A stretch of DNA of 64,000 bases from the NCBI RefSeq assembly GCF_018977255.1, contig NW_024704742.1, positions 42,162,001 through 42,226,000 of the forward strand, in the 5' to 3' direction. A program made the translations under genes and the position numbers. The stretch is from Callorhinchus milii (lineage: Eukaryota). How positions within the stretch are numbered: the stretch's first letter is position 1; each line of letters starts with the position of its first letter. Below are positions 13,471 to 26,900 of this stretch, piece by piece. The notes under the pieces were generated by a model. The model was not told the origin of the DNA. It was given only the letters and a program-made list of their open reading frames with translations, and did not search any database.

Positions 13471-14556
13471 CGTTTTTACCAATTTGAAGTTTGGGTTTAG
13501 CATGTTGATTTAAATATGGGTCATATGGAGGGGGGTTAATTTATTCTTAGTAAAGTGAGCTACCTTTATTAATCTTGCTATTATTTAGCGCTTAGTGTTG
13601 GTTTACGAGAATTAATTGATGGAATGAGGTTAGGATGTCAGGGGTTGCATGTGTTCCATGTTTGCAGACATTTTTCAGTTGAACGGTTGTCTCGTATCCC
13701 AGTCCTCCCAAGCAAGCTTTCCATTTGCACCTTGTAAAGCTCAAGAATCAAACAAAAGTTAATATTTGCAGCTAAGTTAAAAAGGCTTTCATGACTGGGC
13801 AGTGCAGGGCATGATGGCACGAGTTGGAAAACCAGCCCCAGTGTCTCTTAGCACAAGAGTAATACAAGTGGGAAATCTGAGTATTGAGTGATTAACACTG
13901 CACTGTTTCTGTTGACGTTGTTGTTGGAAGCCACAATTCATTGGCAGGGACTATCAGAGTAAGGATCCCACACGTGGAATTATACTTGTCTTACAGGATA
14001 AGCGTCCGTCTCCCTGCAGACTCTGGACTTTGCAATGTACAGATCATGTTTGAGTATCCTTAATGAATTAGGTTTAAATGATTCACAGTCAGTGAAAGAC
14101 GAGGATTAATGTTTCCATATAAATCTGATTACCACAGTATGTCTAAATAAAATTAGAACCAATTGCTGGCTACTATAATAACAAATTGGCATTTTTAATA
14201 TTTTTAATTTTACAAAGTATTTTTAACGAGCCTTGTACAGTTTCCATTTCACTGCAGCACACGGGAAAGTCTCGGTGGTTTTATTACAGCAAAGTACAGT
14301 AATATATTGCCTTGAGCTCTTCTTGAAGGTTATTTTTATTTTATTCTGTCGAGTTCAGTTGTATTCTCCAGTCAGCAAGTTTACAGCTGAATTTAAATGG
14401 CAACTGCAGTTAGATAGCCTGTTTTATTTTTAATATATTAATCCAGAAATTTCAATAGCCATAGAATAGCTGAGGAACCATCTCATTGCATACGTTTGAT
14501 CTGAGATAGCAAGCTGCTACCTGAAAGAGCCAAGTCACGCAGCATATCACATATGT

Positions 14557-14883
14557 GGAGTCCTGTAGCTCAGTGGTTAGAGCACTCGCTTTGCAAGCGA
14601 GAGACCTGATTTCAATTCCAGGCAGGGCGAAACCTTGGGCAAGTTTCCTTACTCCACACAGAGCCTAATAATAATCCCTCCAAAAAAACCAAAAACAATA
14701 AGAAATTGGTCATTTTCAATCTACGACTGTTTGTGGGACATTGCTGTGCGCAATTGGCTGCCGCGTTCGCCCACAAATATACAGTCAATTCACTTTACAG
14801 TGTGTTCTGTGAAGCGCTTTGGGACGTCCTCCCGACGTGAAAAGCGCTATATCAAATGCAAGGATTATTATTATTATTATTAT
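14557..14883 (+). mobile_element. tRNA-Ala-derived SINE, young full-length copy
   Basis: Head with CTCGC-TTTGCAA-GCGAG anticodon arm (TGC), intact CpGs, L2-like 3' end, (ATT)n tail. Confidence 0.95.
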
Positions 14884-14904
14884 CACCAGAAAGATTCAGG
14901 AGTC

Positions 14905-15069
14905 ACAGAATTACATAGAAATACATAGCATGTAACACGCGGAAACAAGCCATTCGGGCCAACTAGTCCGTACTGGTTTTATATTCCACTTGAGCTTCTA
15001 CAACTCCTAGCTGCCTCTCCTACACCCCTTTATTCTCTTCTCCCTCATGGATTCACAACTTTCCTCTTA
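14905..15069 (-). mobile_element. CR1 3' tail fragment between two SINEs
   Basis: catagaaatacatagc...gccattcgggccaactagtcc resembles a reverse-complemented CR1 3' UTR. Confidence 0.6.
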
Positions 15070-15376
15070 AATAATAATAATAATAATCCTTGCATTTGAT
15101 ATAGCGCTTTTCACGTCGGGAGGACGTCCCAAAGAACACACTGTAAAGTGAATTAACTGTATATTTGTGGGCGAACGCGGCAGCCAATTGCGCACAGCAA
15201 TGTCCCACGAACAGTCGTAGATTGAAAATGACCAATTTATTATTGTTTTGTTTTGGAGAGATTATTATTAGGTGTGTGGAGTAAGGAAACTTGCCCAAGG
15301 TTTTGACCTGTCTGGAATTGAACTCAGGTCTCTCGCTTGCAAAGCGAGTGCTCTAACCACTGAGCTACAGGACTCC
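15070..15376 (-). mobile_element. tRNA-Ala-derived SINE, young copy
   Basis: Near-identical reverse complement of 14557-14883 with a short internal deletion. Confidence 0.95.
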
Positions 15377-15504
15377 ACAATACATTGATGGCCGTATTGA
15401 GTCTGGTCTAACCGTGATCCCTTGACTTGAAATACCGTGTAATATATTTTGTTTGGTAATAATAATAATAGTTTATATTTAATATAGCACCTTTCAATGA
15501 AACA

Positions 15505-16130
15505 CAGGTACCCCAGGGCTCCATCCTTGTCCCTCTTCTGTTTCTTATCTATATGCTCCCTCTGGGCGATGTCATCTGCAGAATGGGGTAAACTTCCACA
15601 TGTATGCTGATGACACACAAATCTACTTTGCCTCCTTCAGTATCGACTCCAGGTCCGCCGATATTCCATCAGCTGGTCAGGCAAACATCAGGGTCTGGAT
15701 GAGTGTAAACATCCTGCAGCAGAATGTGGACAAGACAAAATCCATACTCCTTGGCTCCCATCAACGTCTTCACTGCTGCACATCTGAACTCTCCCTCAGA
15801 CTCACCGAACCAGTGCGCAATATAGGCGTCCGGTTCGAACCCCAGCTGTCCTTCCTTCCCCATACCCGGTTCCTGACCAGGACAGCCTTCCTCCACCTCT
15901 GCCCCACTGCCCACCTCCAACCATGCCTTACCCCAAATGCAGCCAAAACCCTCATGAATGCGTTTGTCACCTCCCGCTTGGACTCAAATGCACTCCTCAC
16001 TGGTCTCCCAAGCTCCACTATTGAAAAAATCCAGCTCATTCAGAACTCTGCTGCCTGCATACTTACCTGGACCAAACTTTGAGACGCTAACCTACGTGGA
16101 GGGTGCTATATAACTGCAAGTTGTTGTTTA
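15505..16130 (+). mobile_element. L2-clade LINE reverse transcriptase fragment
   Basis: VPQGSIL at about 15508, then MYADDTQIY, AFVTSRLD and LIQNSAA in ORF 15600..16082; joined directly to a tail remnant. Confidence 0.9.
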
Positions 16131-16469
16131 TGTTTCACAATGGGAGGACATCTCAAAGCTTCACAGGATTTTACAGAAAAGTATAGTGACTGTTTATTTT
16201 GTAGGTGATGGTGAAGATTGGGGTTGGAGAGCAGGGGAAGGTACTATCATTACACTGATTGTTAAAATTAGCTATTACTGTATTTCCCATTCTAAGGAAT
16301 CAATCGATATCATCAACCAGTGAAAATGTACGGGGTGGCATTGATTTTCCAAGTCAGGTGGTAGTGAATTTATTGCCACTGTCAGCAGCAGCACATTTCC
16401 ACACCACTGAAACTACTATGTGTTTGACAGGCACTTGAGATATACTATAGGAAGCTTCCTCATCTTAAT

Positions 16470-16740
16470 CATCTTCCACACACCCCTGTTTACCTAGCAT
16501 TAAGTAGGAACCCGGTTGTTAGTCGATTATCAGATGACTTTCCGGGGGTAATAATCCCTGAAATAAAATGGTCCCTCAATCCATGACTGTTTGTGGGACA
16601 CCGCTGTGTACAATTGACTGCTGCGCTTTGCCCACAAAATACACAGTCAATCCATTTTACAATAGATTCTGTAAAGCGCTTTGAGACGTCTCAACAAGGT
16701 AATAAGGCACTATATCAAGTGCAGAGATTATTATTATTAT
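16470..16740 (+). mobile_element. Variant or older SINE subfamily sharing the 3' half of the tRNA-Ala SINE
   Basis: taataatccctg...ctgtttgtgggac...(ATT)n, preceded by a different middle segment. Confidence 0.7.
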
Positions 16741-17502
16741 CTCTTGTGCTAAGGTGAAGGTTGGCAGACAAGCTTGGGTTGCATCTCACAATGTCCAAGT
16801 CCTGCACTAAGAAGCAGCAGCAAAAATGAGGTGTTAAAAGAACGGGTTGTGTTTGCCATTCACTAGAGCGCATTGAAAGTTGAGGAGGGAGATCAAAGGT
16901 CCACATGTGATCCCCTTCTTTCATCCCTCGACACAGGGGCCTCTGGTCCTTTACATTTTGATCCAGATAATGCTTAGTCCTCTTTGAAAAGGCAGAACTT
17001 TTTTGCTTTAATGCTATGCTCCCTCTATCTGATTTCCTGGAGACCGTTAACTGGAGCTGTGAAAATATTTACAATAGGATAATAAGAGTCTCCAATTCAA
17101 ACATTCCTATAATTGCATTGTCCATCTGATGATTAGAACAGGAGATCCCTGGGGTCAGTGACTGTATCCATGTCTGGCAGGAATGTCTTGTATGCAGTAC
17201 ATGTGGGGACCATGTGTTCCATTTTCAGCCGCCATGCCCTCTTCTTAATGTACAAATTGATTCATACGATCCAAACTCTCCCATACTGCAGTCTTGAAAT
17301 CATTTGCTTTTATGCTGGTCTCATGAATATTATAGCAGCTTCTGTAGTAGGGAACAGTACAGTCCTGGATGCAGGTGCCACCCACTGACAGAAGTTTTTA
17401 GCCCAGCAATCCCAGCCTTGGTGGAAATGGTGAACTAATTGAGATACAATTGTTGCCTCTAGAAAATCCAGGACTCCTGTTAAATGGGATCCTTTTCAAG
17501 AT

Positions 17503-17684
17503 CACCAGAGACAACAGCACCTGGAGCATTAGGTACATTCCACCAGAAACAACAGCTCTTGAGGTATAAAGTACAGTCCACCAGGGATGGGTATTAGGTA
17601 CAGTCCACTAGTTTTGGCAAGTACCTGGGGAATTAGTTACAGTGCACTTCCAGAGAGGGCAAATACCTGGGGTATTGGATACAT
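17503..17684. repeat. Degenerate minisatellite, about 38-bp unit, 5 copies
   Basis: Units start at 17503, 17541, 17579, 17606 and 17645; consensus approximately CCACCAGAGACAACAGCACCTGGGGTATTAGGTACAGT. Confidence 0.85.
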
Positions 17685-20600
17685 CAGTATGTTTCCCGGA
17701 CACATTCCAACAGTGGAAGGGAATGTGACTCTCAGCACTCTTACACTGAGTCTGGAAGTCCCACACTTTCAATATAATGAACAGTCAATCATTGAATGTC
17801 ACGTGTCATCTAAACTGCACTGAAACACTTTGAGCTACTCTGGATCTGGTTTGTAATTACTTTAACAAACAAAGGAATAATTCAAATCTTTTGGAATGTG
17901 TTTGGGGATTTGTTGGTTCATTTGAGTTGCCTTTATATTGGACCAGATTTAGGGGCATTTGACCTGGAAATATATCTTTGGTTGAGCAAACTTTGTAAGA
18001 TCAGACAGAATGGAAAATGTCAGGCAGTGTATGGGCATGAAACTGAAAAAGGGAAAAGGTCAGCAGTTATTAATAATTCAGAGCCAGTGAATGACAAGCG
18101 TCCCATTCCTGCTCAGATAGTCTTTTTTTATACGAGTTTGTTGGAGCGTTTGTACATCTTACTTTGCAAGTTGTTGGACAATGTTGGTCTCCGTCGAAAG
18201 ATGTTTGGTTCAGTAACGTGATTTGTTTGTTAGCTGGCAATAGACTACAGTGGTTTATACCACTTGGTCTGTGAATCTTCCGGTCGCTGGTTCTTATTCC
18301 TAGAAGTGTTGTTCCGTGATCTTGGGACAGTTGATGTCACATGTATTGCTATTTCTCTTTCACATCTGGAATATAAGGCAAATGGAGACATCTTGAGGTG
18401 TGCTTTACAATATTAGCTAAAGGGACTGAGTCACAGAGAACGCTCTTCATCAAGTCAGCCACCTTGTGAGCCTGGTGTCATGTGCATGTTCTTTCATCCT
18501 GCTTGTGTTCCAAAATGGTGCTTTAAACACTAAACAAAAGAAAACTAAATGAATGGTTCAGTTGTACTTTCACAGCCCGCCCACTTCAAATAGAGTAAAA
18601 TAGATCTAATAGGTTGATCTTTAACAACAACAATTTACACTCATATAGCGTACTTCACGTCGGAAAGGGTGCTGGACAGTCAGGGGTTTTGGACCCGAGT
18701 TGGGGTCAAAAGGGGAGGATGGCAGGGGAAGGTGGGAGTGGGAGGATGGCCGAAGGCATGGTCGAAGAGGAAGGTGTTCAGATGGAACTTAACTGGACCT
18801 GGAAATGATACTTCAATGTTTTGCTGAACTCAGAATGTTGGTAAAAGGTGAAACGTTTTCCAAAAACCAGAAAGCACTCAAATTCTTTTGTAGAATTGTC
18901 ATATTTTAATGATGAAAGGTGAGGCAGATCTGCACTGTAAAGCAGGTGCAGGTCCCTGGGCATTCCCATTCGAGTTTCTCTGTAGAGCACGTTAAAACCT
19001 CCTCTAAAACCAGAAATGGACAGTTAGCTGGAAAACAGTGAATTCATCTCCTGTCATGTCAGTTGGGGTTTTCATTCCACTTATCATAGACATGTGGCAA
19101 TTTCTGAATTCCAGCAAGCGTCGTGTCATCATTTTTTTGTGGAAGTGCATTTTGTGCTCATCATTTCAGAGATGGCTGTGCTGAGGGTGAAACATTTCAG
19201 CCATCTTGCACAACCAGTGTCAGCACCAAACACTGCCGGTCAAGGAAAACCTGCTAGCTCTAAAGTGAAGCTCCCTCGACTATACCACTGTCAATTTCAA
19301 GTTCATTGTGACGGTTTCCAATTTAGTTCTAATGGGAATTTTGTAAAATGGAAGTTGTAATTAGAAAAGCTAATTTCAGCGTTCAATGATTGGGGGCTGA
19401 TTGCTCCCCCAAAGATAAAAGGAGATTGAACAAACTCCCAAAGTCTGAAGTTCTTTTCAATTTGCTTCCCACAATTCACAAAGAGAATTAGTTTCCAAAT
19501 TAAGACTACCCCAATATTTTCCATAATTTTACACTATCTTGACTGTTAAGCCAAATTGATTTTATAGGCAACGATTAGGTGAAATTTCAGGTTTATACTG
19601 ATGTGCTACGCAGTCTTCATTTTATTGCATTTGCCATTTTCAGTGTCCAGTATTTTACTAAAACAACCATTTACTAGCCTTAGTCATGAGTATGCATGAC
19701 TTGATATAGTCTCTACTTTTCCCCTTGATTTCTCTTGACTCTTCCCCCTCCCCTCATCATATCGAAGCATGAAGTAAACATTTATCAAAAGCATTCCTGA
19801 TGTTTGTGGTTCTGTTTGAAATTGAACAATGGAGAAAGCAGCCAGACATCTAGCATGCAACAATACTGCCAGCATTACCTGGCACTTAAATACTGGACAA
19901 AGCCTCAGTTTTGCTTACAGTTAGATATAAAAGCATTTAGCACCAGCCTACGCTTGTTTATGCTGTCGGTGTTATTGATGGTTTTTTGACTCAGGAAGAT
20001 GATCATTACTTGGAGTGAAAGTAAAATTCCATTGATTATCCACAATCAATCAGCTTTTAATGGGCCAACAAAACTTTAAATGGGAAAGTCACAGCCAGCA
20101 CAAGTTTCAGATTGCCCCCTATTAAATACTTATAGTATTGCAATGCTGATATGTCGGAGAGACTTGTTTTTTCACCTGAATGATGGAAGTCGTAAGTGCT
20201 GCAGCAGTAAAGAGTCTTGAAATTAGTCCTGGAATGCTTCACCTCTGTTGCACTATTCTGCACATATGCTTTATTAATCTTGAGAAGCAGCAACTGATAG
20301 AAATGTTGTAAGGAAAGGAAACAACACAAATCACTACTGCCCAAGATAGTTTCCTCCGTTCCTCTAAACTGGGCAGCAAGGTGAAGGTTGCTTCCCGCTG
20401 CTTTTGGCCGTCATTTTGATTTGTCAGAGGGAAATCTGGCTGTACAAGCCAATGAAGGGTTTTTTCAAATTATGTCCTCTTATCAAACTCCCAAAGTAGA
20501 TCAAGGAAAGTTTGGTGGCTCTTAATTGATTTGGTACTTTTGATCAGAACATTTAAGGTTCAAATTCCAATGTGTCCAATATATATATATATTTGTGTCT

Positions 20601-23289
20601 GTGTTTTAATATATATAATATATACTGCTCAGGGGTATGTAAGTGGAGAGTCGCTGTATATTAACTTTAGATGCACGGATATCCAAGGAATTGCTGATGA
20701 TTGACTGACCAATTTGGCTCATCAGATGAAGTACAGATCTGTCTTCAATCCTACGAGTTAGAATGCTAATGGGTGTTTTATCTGAATGAGGTGGTTTCAT
20801 CTGAATATTATGAACAAGGTGGTCTGGCGTGAATAAATTGTAATTATACAAACAAGGTGGTCTTACATGAACTATTCCCCATGCTGTGCAGTTATTTTAT
20901 TCTGAGCCCTGAAAACAAAAATCACAAAAGCAACTTTGAAACCACCTTGCAATTCAGCGTTGTTTCTGTGTAGCTGTTGATTCTGTCAAAGCGCCCCTGC
21001 CGTGCAAATGGGCTGAATTCCATACATGCGGCAGCTCAGGGTATGTGTAAAGCTGCTTCTAATTGAAGGAGCTGTGCAGAACCCTTTCAATATAAAGCAG
21101 CATAAATTTAATTATTCCAAGAGCTTTATGGATTAAGAGATGTTCTGTGGTTGGCACATTTCTCAAATTCCTCTCCACAGTATTCTGTGTCAGAAGTGCA
21201 CATGTTAACAAAAATCATGTTTCCCTTTTGTCTATGTTAGAAGAAGTGAGGCTGCGTTAAAAGCTTTGACATTATTTTGCACAGCCCCGTGATAACCAGC
21301 TTTCTTAGACAAGCAGGTTCACTGTACACCAGCACAAGTTTTAGCCGACATAGTTGCATGAACTGTACTTGATTTCACTGTGGTTCTTACAGCTGAGCAA
21401 AGGCATATGTTAACCAAGCACCATCTTGTGCAAAAGGGTTTCTCAAATTGTTTTTCTCTTGAGAGGCAGAGGTGCTGCACATCAGTCCCCTCAAGGTCAT
21501 GTGAAGTCCAAAGATAGGAACACAATGATACATTTTCGAGCAATTTTAGCTTTCCTGCCTTGTGCTTTTAAACAAGCCTAAGGAATATTTAAACTCTTTC
21601 AATAAAACATTTTAAACTGGCTAATGCTATTGGTTGGTATCCACTGGTGTTTTAATTTTTGCCAAACTTGAATATGAAATTGCTTTGACAATGCTATCCA
21701 AGCTTGATTGAAAACAAATCTAAATAAAGTGGTCCCTGCTCACTTTGGGCTCAACTTAAATTAATCCCAGCCTGGAAGAAGTAGTTTCAAATGCATTGAT
21801 TTCCATCCATTGGCCCAGGAGAACCTTGTTCTAATGCTGTCTTCTGGGGCCGATATCTCCGTGGCTGTGATATGAATGAAATGCTAAAAATGTCCGACTC
21901 CCAAATAGCCATTAACATCACTTCCTCCACGTTATACGCAAATAACATCACTGATATCACTTCCCCCACAAAGGGATATCAGCAGGACTTTCTGCACAAA
22001 TTACATCTATAGATCGCAGGCAAAGTGTGCAAGAATTGATGTTATTGGTAACCTAATGACCCAGAAGTTGGTCCATTTTTAATGCGTAAAGCTAGATGGA
22101 CAGTGACTGGAACCAAGATGTATTGTACTTTTACGTTAGTGGAGATTCACAGTGGACCAGGGCTGTAAGCGAGGAACTATGATATGACAGGAGGCGGATG
22201 TGCTATAATGAGGTTTCCCTATAGTAACCTGAGTATATCTGAGTTGACTATATATTTGTTAAAATAATGCACCAAAGACAAATGGCAGAACTATCCATTG
22301 ACGGCAAGATGCAGAACCAAAAGCCTTGTGCTTTAAAGGCAGAGGGAATTCAGACAGAGCACTGTTGTGCAAGGGAACCACCAGAGTGTCCAATACAGAC
22401 GCGTAGAAACTTAGAATTTTTCTGCTCAGAAGGGGTCTGTTCGGCCATCGTATTAGTGTCACTGCTACTTTATTTTCTAAATTGCCATTTTTTATTCATC
22501 TAATATTTTTGAATGTGAAAGAAGCGGTATATAAAACCACTCTTAGAATTGTGCTTGACAGAGATGATGGATTGTAGGAGGCAGGATAAGTGAATAGACC
22601 TAATCTGATGCCTTGACAAGGTCGTCCCGGACATGACTTCCTTTACTGGGTTATACATCAAAAGCGCAGGGAAGTGTCTTCTTTTGCTAATAATGGCTTA
22701 TTGGAAAAGGTGCTTTTCTGCTATTGATTGACATTAAATGTTGCAGAGCTAATACCGGTTAAAAATCTTAGTGCTGAACATCGGCAGAGACAGTAAATTT
22801 CTATTGCTGTATGTCAGCTTTCTGACTCCAGTCTCTGGAGCTAAGATAAAGTACCCCCGCAAATTGTTGCAATGGGTTTTGTTTCATTTGGCAAAGCAGC
22901 GATGTGACCTCTTTAATATCCGTCTTTTCTGCTGAGTCTGCACGAGAGACAGAAGATGGGATCTGCAGCAGGAATACAGCACGTCCACCACAACCAAATG
23001 CCAGACCTTCTCATTTTCCATTGTTTTCCCTTTGAGCATAGAGCTACTTCCAACAGCAAAAGGATATACTAAGAAAGTCTTAACTTATAACCTAACCACG
23101 GCCCCAACAACAAAGAACTGGGATTTCTTCACAGTCAAATTATAGTATTATTTCGAATATAAACCACTTGGAGTAAATATTCCTGTGGCACAATTTTGTA
23201 AGAGAGAATACACTTTATCGTCTAATATGCAGTAATATACTGATGAGTATATCACTGAAGGAGACAGGGTATCTCTGGGAAATGACTAT

Positions 23290-23515
23290 TTCAACAACAA
23301 CAACGACAACAACAAGATTCCATTTATAAAGCGCCTTTCACGTCAGGAGGACATCCCAAGGCGCTGCACAGTTGGTCATGACCCGAGCAGGGGGGAAATG
23401 GTCAGGGTGAGGGGAGGGAAGGGAGGGAGCGAGGAGGGAGGAAATGGTCAGGGTGAGGGGAGGGAAGGGAGGGAGCGAGGAGGGGGAAGAGAGTCGAGAG
23501 GGGAGCTGAAGGCTC
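23290..23515 (-). mobile_element. L2 3' tail containing a 46-bp tandem duplication
   Basis: (CAA)n, catttataaagcgcctttcacgtcaggaggacatcccaaggcgc, then a G-rich body. Confidence 0.7.
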
Positions 23516-23744
23516 GGTTCACTCGATTATAAGGTTAGTTTTTTCTGAAAAATCAGTCTTCCCTTTAAAAAATATTCAATCCACTTTAATGACATTGTTT
23601 GACTTTCTGTTTCTGTTTCCTTTCATGAATAGGGTAATATTTGTTTTCTTGGATCCACTAGTTCACACAGAGACTTTTCAGCTGTCTTGTCATTTTCAAA
23701 TGTGTGTCAATTCAGCTTAGCATTTCCTTCAGTAAACCACTAAC

Positions 23745-23985
23745 ATTCAGTTGCATTGTCAATCCTTCGATTGAGATGTTAATCTGAGGTGCTGTTGGCG
23801 TGTTCAGGTGGATGTTATAAATTCCATGAGACTATTCAAAAAGACAATGGAGTTTCTCCCGGTGCATTGGGCAACAATCTTCCAGATAAAATTGGTGATT
23901 CATTTTGAGGGCTGTTTGTGGGACATTACAGCATGAAAATCTGCTGATGTGTTCACCTACAAAAAACACAATCACTACATTTTCA
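23745..23985 (+). mobile_element. Deu-domain SINE fragment
   Basis: Aligns by eye with 5717-6050 and 8440-8800. Confidence 0.65.
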
Positions 23986-26900
23986 TTTTGATAATGTGAT
24001 ATTATTATATTATATGCATGAATTATTATTTATAAACAATTAGATTTGAATAGACAGAAAAACAAACAACTTTCATTAGAAAAGTGTGAATTGATGACTG
24101 TCTTCTGTGTGACAATAGTACCAAAGATAGCAAAGGAGGAGGCCATTTGGCCCATTGAGCCTGAACTGATGGGAATTCATCCACAAATCCCATTTCACTG
24201 TTCTTTCTCCTTACCATTTGATATTGATATAATTAAATGTTTTTCCAGTTTTCTTCTAAATATTCTTATGATTTCAGCTTGATCAGCACTTATGGCAAAT
24301 CTATGCTCATAACTATATCTTTTTACTCCTGTTATCTGTTTCTGTCTTTACTGGAAACAATTCACCAAACCTTTTTTTTCTTTTCACTGAATAATGGAAG
24401 GTTTGGCGCCATCTCTAAGAACCATTTGGGCAAATGGCAGAAGTAACAATTCATATAGTAACAGATTTCGCTTCATCAAGGCTATCTCTTTTCTACTCAG
24501 CTGGCCCTTTGGATGTGGTTATTTTAAAGCCCTTTGTAAATCAGAAGTTCTCTAGTTCACTGTGCTCACTGCCAATGACCTGCACTTGTGTTCAGCTAAA
24601 GGTTTTAATTAGTTGCTTATATGTTAAAAAAATAAGAGCTATGCTATGAAGTAAGACACTCTTTTCAACGCTTTGTTTAATAGGCGAAGGGAGCATTGAA
24701 ATAGTGGGCTCTTTCACAGTCATCAGTGATGCATGAACTGATAATGGGAGAGTCACATAATCCAGTTTATAGAATATTAGACCCAAGGCCAAGTACAAGG
24801 GTTAGTCAGTGACCACTTGGGCAAAGTAGTAGAGAGCTGTCAATGTATATAGAACTATAATAATAATAACTTGCATTATAAACCGTCTTTCATGTAAAGT
24901 AAACATCCTTGAAGCGCTTTGCAAAATATAATTCATTCGAAATCAAAGTGAATGTTATACTCACAATTAAAGAGAATATTTGAGACAAAGGAGGGCCAGA
25001 AGGCAAGGTCCACAATCAGATACAGTGAGTTTTTTGGGGACATTATTTTCTTTGTGAACAGTTCTTAACAGTGATGATAGAAATCCTCTTTAAATACACT
25101 GAATTTTAGCAATTCACCTTTTTATAAAGTAGGACAATTATTCCCTCACAGAAATTAAACTGAATGGTACAGATAGGAATTAGTGCTGGATAGGACCACC
25201 AAAGCCTACAAGAACACTTCACAGCATCTCACGCCACCACACTCAACTCCATTATATCTCTGAAGTACCCTGGGCAGCTAAACCCAGTTAGTGTAGCTAT
25301 TCAGAAGGCTTTTGGTGAAGTGCCAAAAATAGTGTTCTTTTCTACAATTCAACGGGAGATTTTCTAAACTTTTTTTCTACAAATAGTCATTTGCAGGAAT
25401 GATGTGGAATCTTGTGGGAACACAAAACATTTTATTTCAAATCGAACAACAGCTTTGTGGGTGAAGGCTTCAGTCCAGAGCTACTAATGTACACGCTCAT
25501 TCCTGTGGTTTTATTAGGAAGAAATGGAGCTGCTGAAGTAATGACTGGTGTGACAGTGGAGAGGCAGATGTTGAAATTCCTGAATTAATTTGTTCTCCAA
25601 GAGAAAACAAATCAAGAACATGTCTCAAATGGATGAGCTAGATTAAGAAATCATTTTATCTTGATTTATTTAATCCAGTGAATGAAGAAAGAGACATGAA
25701 TAACTTCATGTACAATGGGGTCAAGGAGTCAATGAGATGTATGAAAGGTCACACTCACAGGGCATTTACATTGCGGTGCTGCACCTTAAACACTGCCTTA
25801 ACTCTGAGTTAACAATAAACCTATTAACCAGCTACTCAATGCCATGAACGAGAAATCCAATAGTCCAGTGCTGTGACCTGCCTCGTGTGTGTGTGCTTGT
25901 GTGTGTGTCTATGTGGTGGGGGGAGGGAATAGAGAGTAGACAATCTCAAGTACACTTAATGTGATGTACAGTAGAACCCTGTAACAAAATGCTTCAATCT
26001 AATAGAATACAATTTACATTTATATGGTACCTTTCACGTTGGGAGAACGTCTCAAAGCGCTTCATAAACTTCCATTGCTGGATGGGCGACCAAGCTGGGG
26101 TGGGAGCTGAGGGGTTGAGGAGGGAAAAGATGATCGAAAGCCTGGTCAAAGAGGTACCTTTAGAGACGTGCTTTGATACAGGGAAGAGAGGTAGCAAGTT
26201 GAAGGGACTCCGGGAAGTTGGAATCCAGCATTTATTTGCCCAATAAATTTAATATCTGCTGATTTCACTGCATACAGGCAGTGGCATCGGTGTGTTCTAA
26301 TGAACTAGAAGTCAGCCCTTTTGTCTTTCTGTGCACCAACTGGTAGGTCCGCCTTCCCCCCATTTTAGCACTGGTTAAGAGGTTTTGGACCTCCCCCACC
26401 CCCCAGGACAGCAAGAGCATTGTAACAGTCTCCACTGTGCATTGAATATATCACAAGATTGACTCCAATGACTTACTTTCTTTAAAACACATGCCTTCCT
26501 TTACTTCCAGATATTTTTATCTTTGGTACATTATTTGTAAAATAGATGAATAAAATAGAGTGAGACCTGTTTGGGCCTCCTGTAACATTTTGGCTGATGA
26601 GTGCTCATGTGTAACATGACAGTGGTCATGACTTTATAGAGGAGGCTTGAAGTTCAAGCTGTTGTGAATAAGGACTGGGAGGTGCTTCTGTGTACGGGCA
26701 AAAGAATGATGGTTCAAAACAATGAGTGCTGTCTCATGAAAAAGACCTTATGTTTCAAGATTTCTGTACAAGCTCAAAGCTGACATTGCATGGCATGGTC
26801 TGACAAATTCCACTCTCTCTGCCTCTTGACATTTATTTTGACAAGTTTGGAAGTTTATGAAGAAAAGTGAGCACTGGGTTTTGCAAAGATGTTGATCAAA

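Noticed and set aside
14557..14630. tRNA-Ala(TGC)-like sequence (also at 2001, 60591 and in the minus-strand copies)
   Set aside because: The acceptor stem does not pair properly and the sequence runs into a SINE body and tail, so these are SINE heads rather than tRNA genes.
14635..14928. Recurrent ORFs beginning MGKFPYST (2079, 14635, 15053, 53686; also within 60630)
   Set aside because: These are translations of SINE copies from TTG starts, not a gene family.
22549..22570. TTGTGCTTGA resembles the 5' end of miR-218, which is hosted in Slit2/Slit3 introns
   Set aside because: The match stops after 10 nt and there is no precursor hairpin. The miR-218 host intron lies further 3' than the exons in this window.
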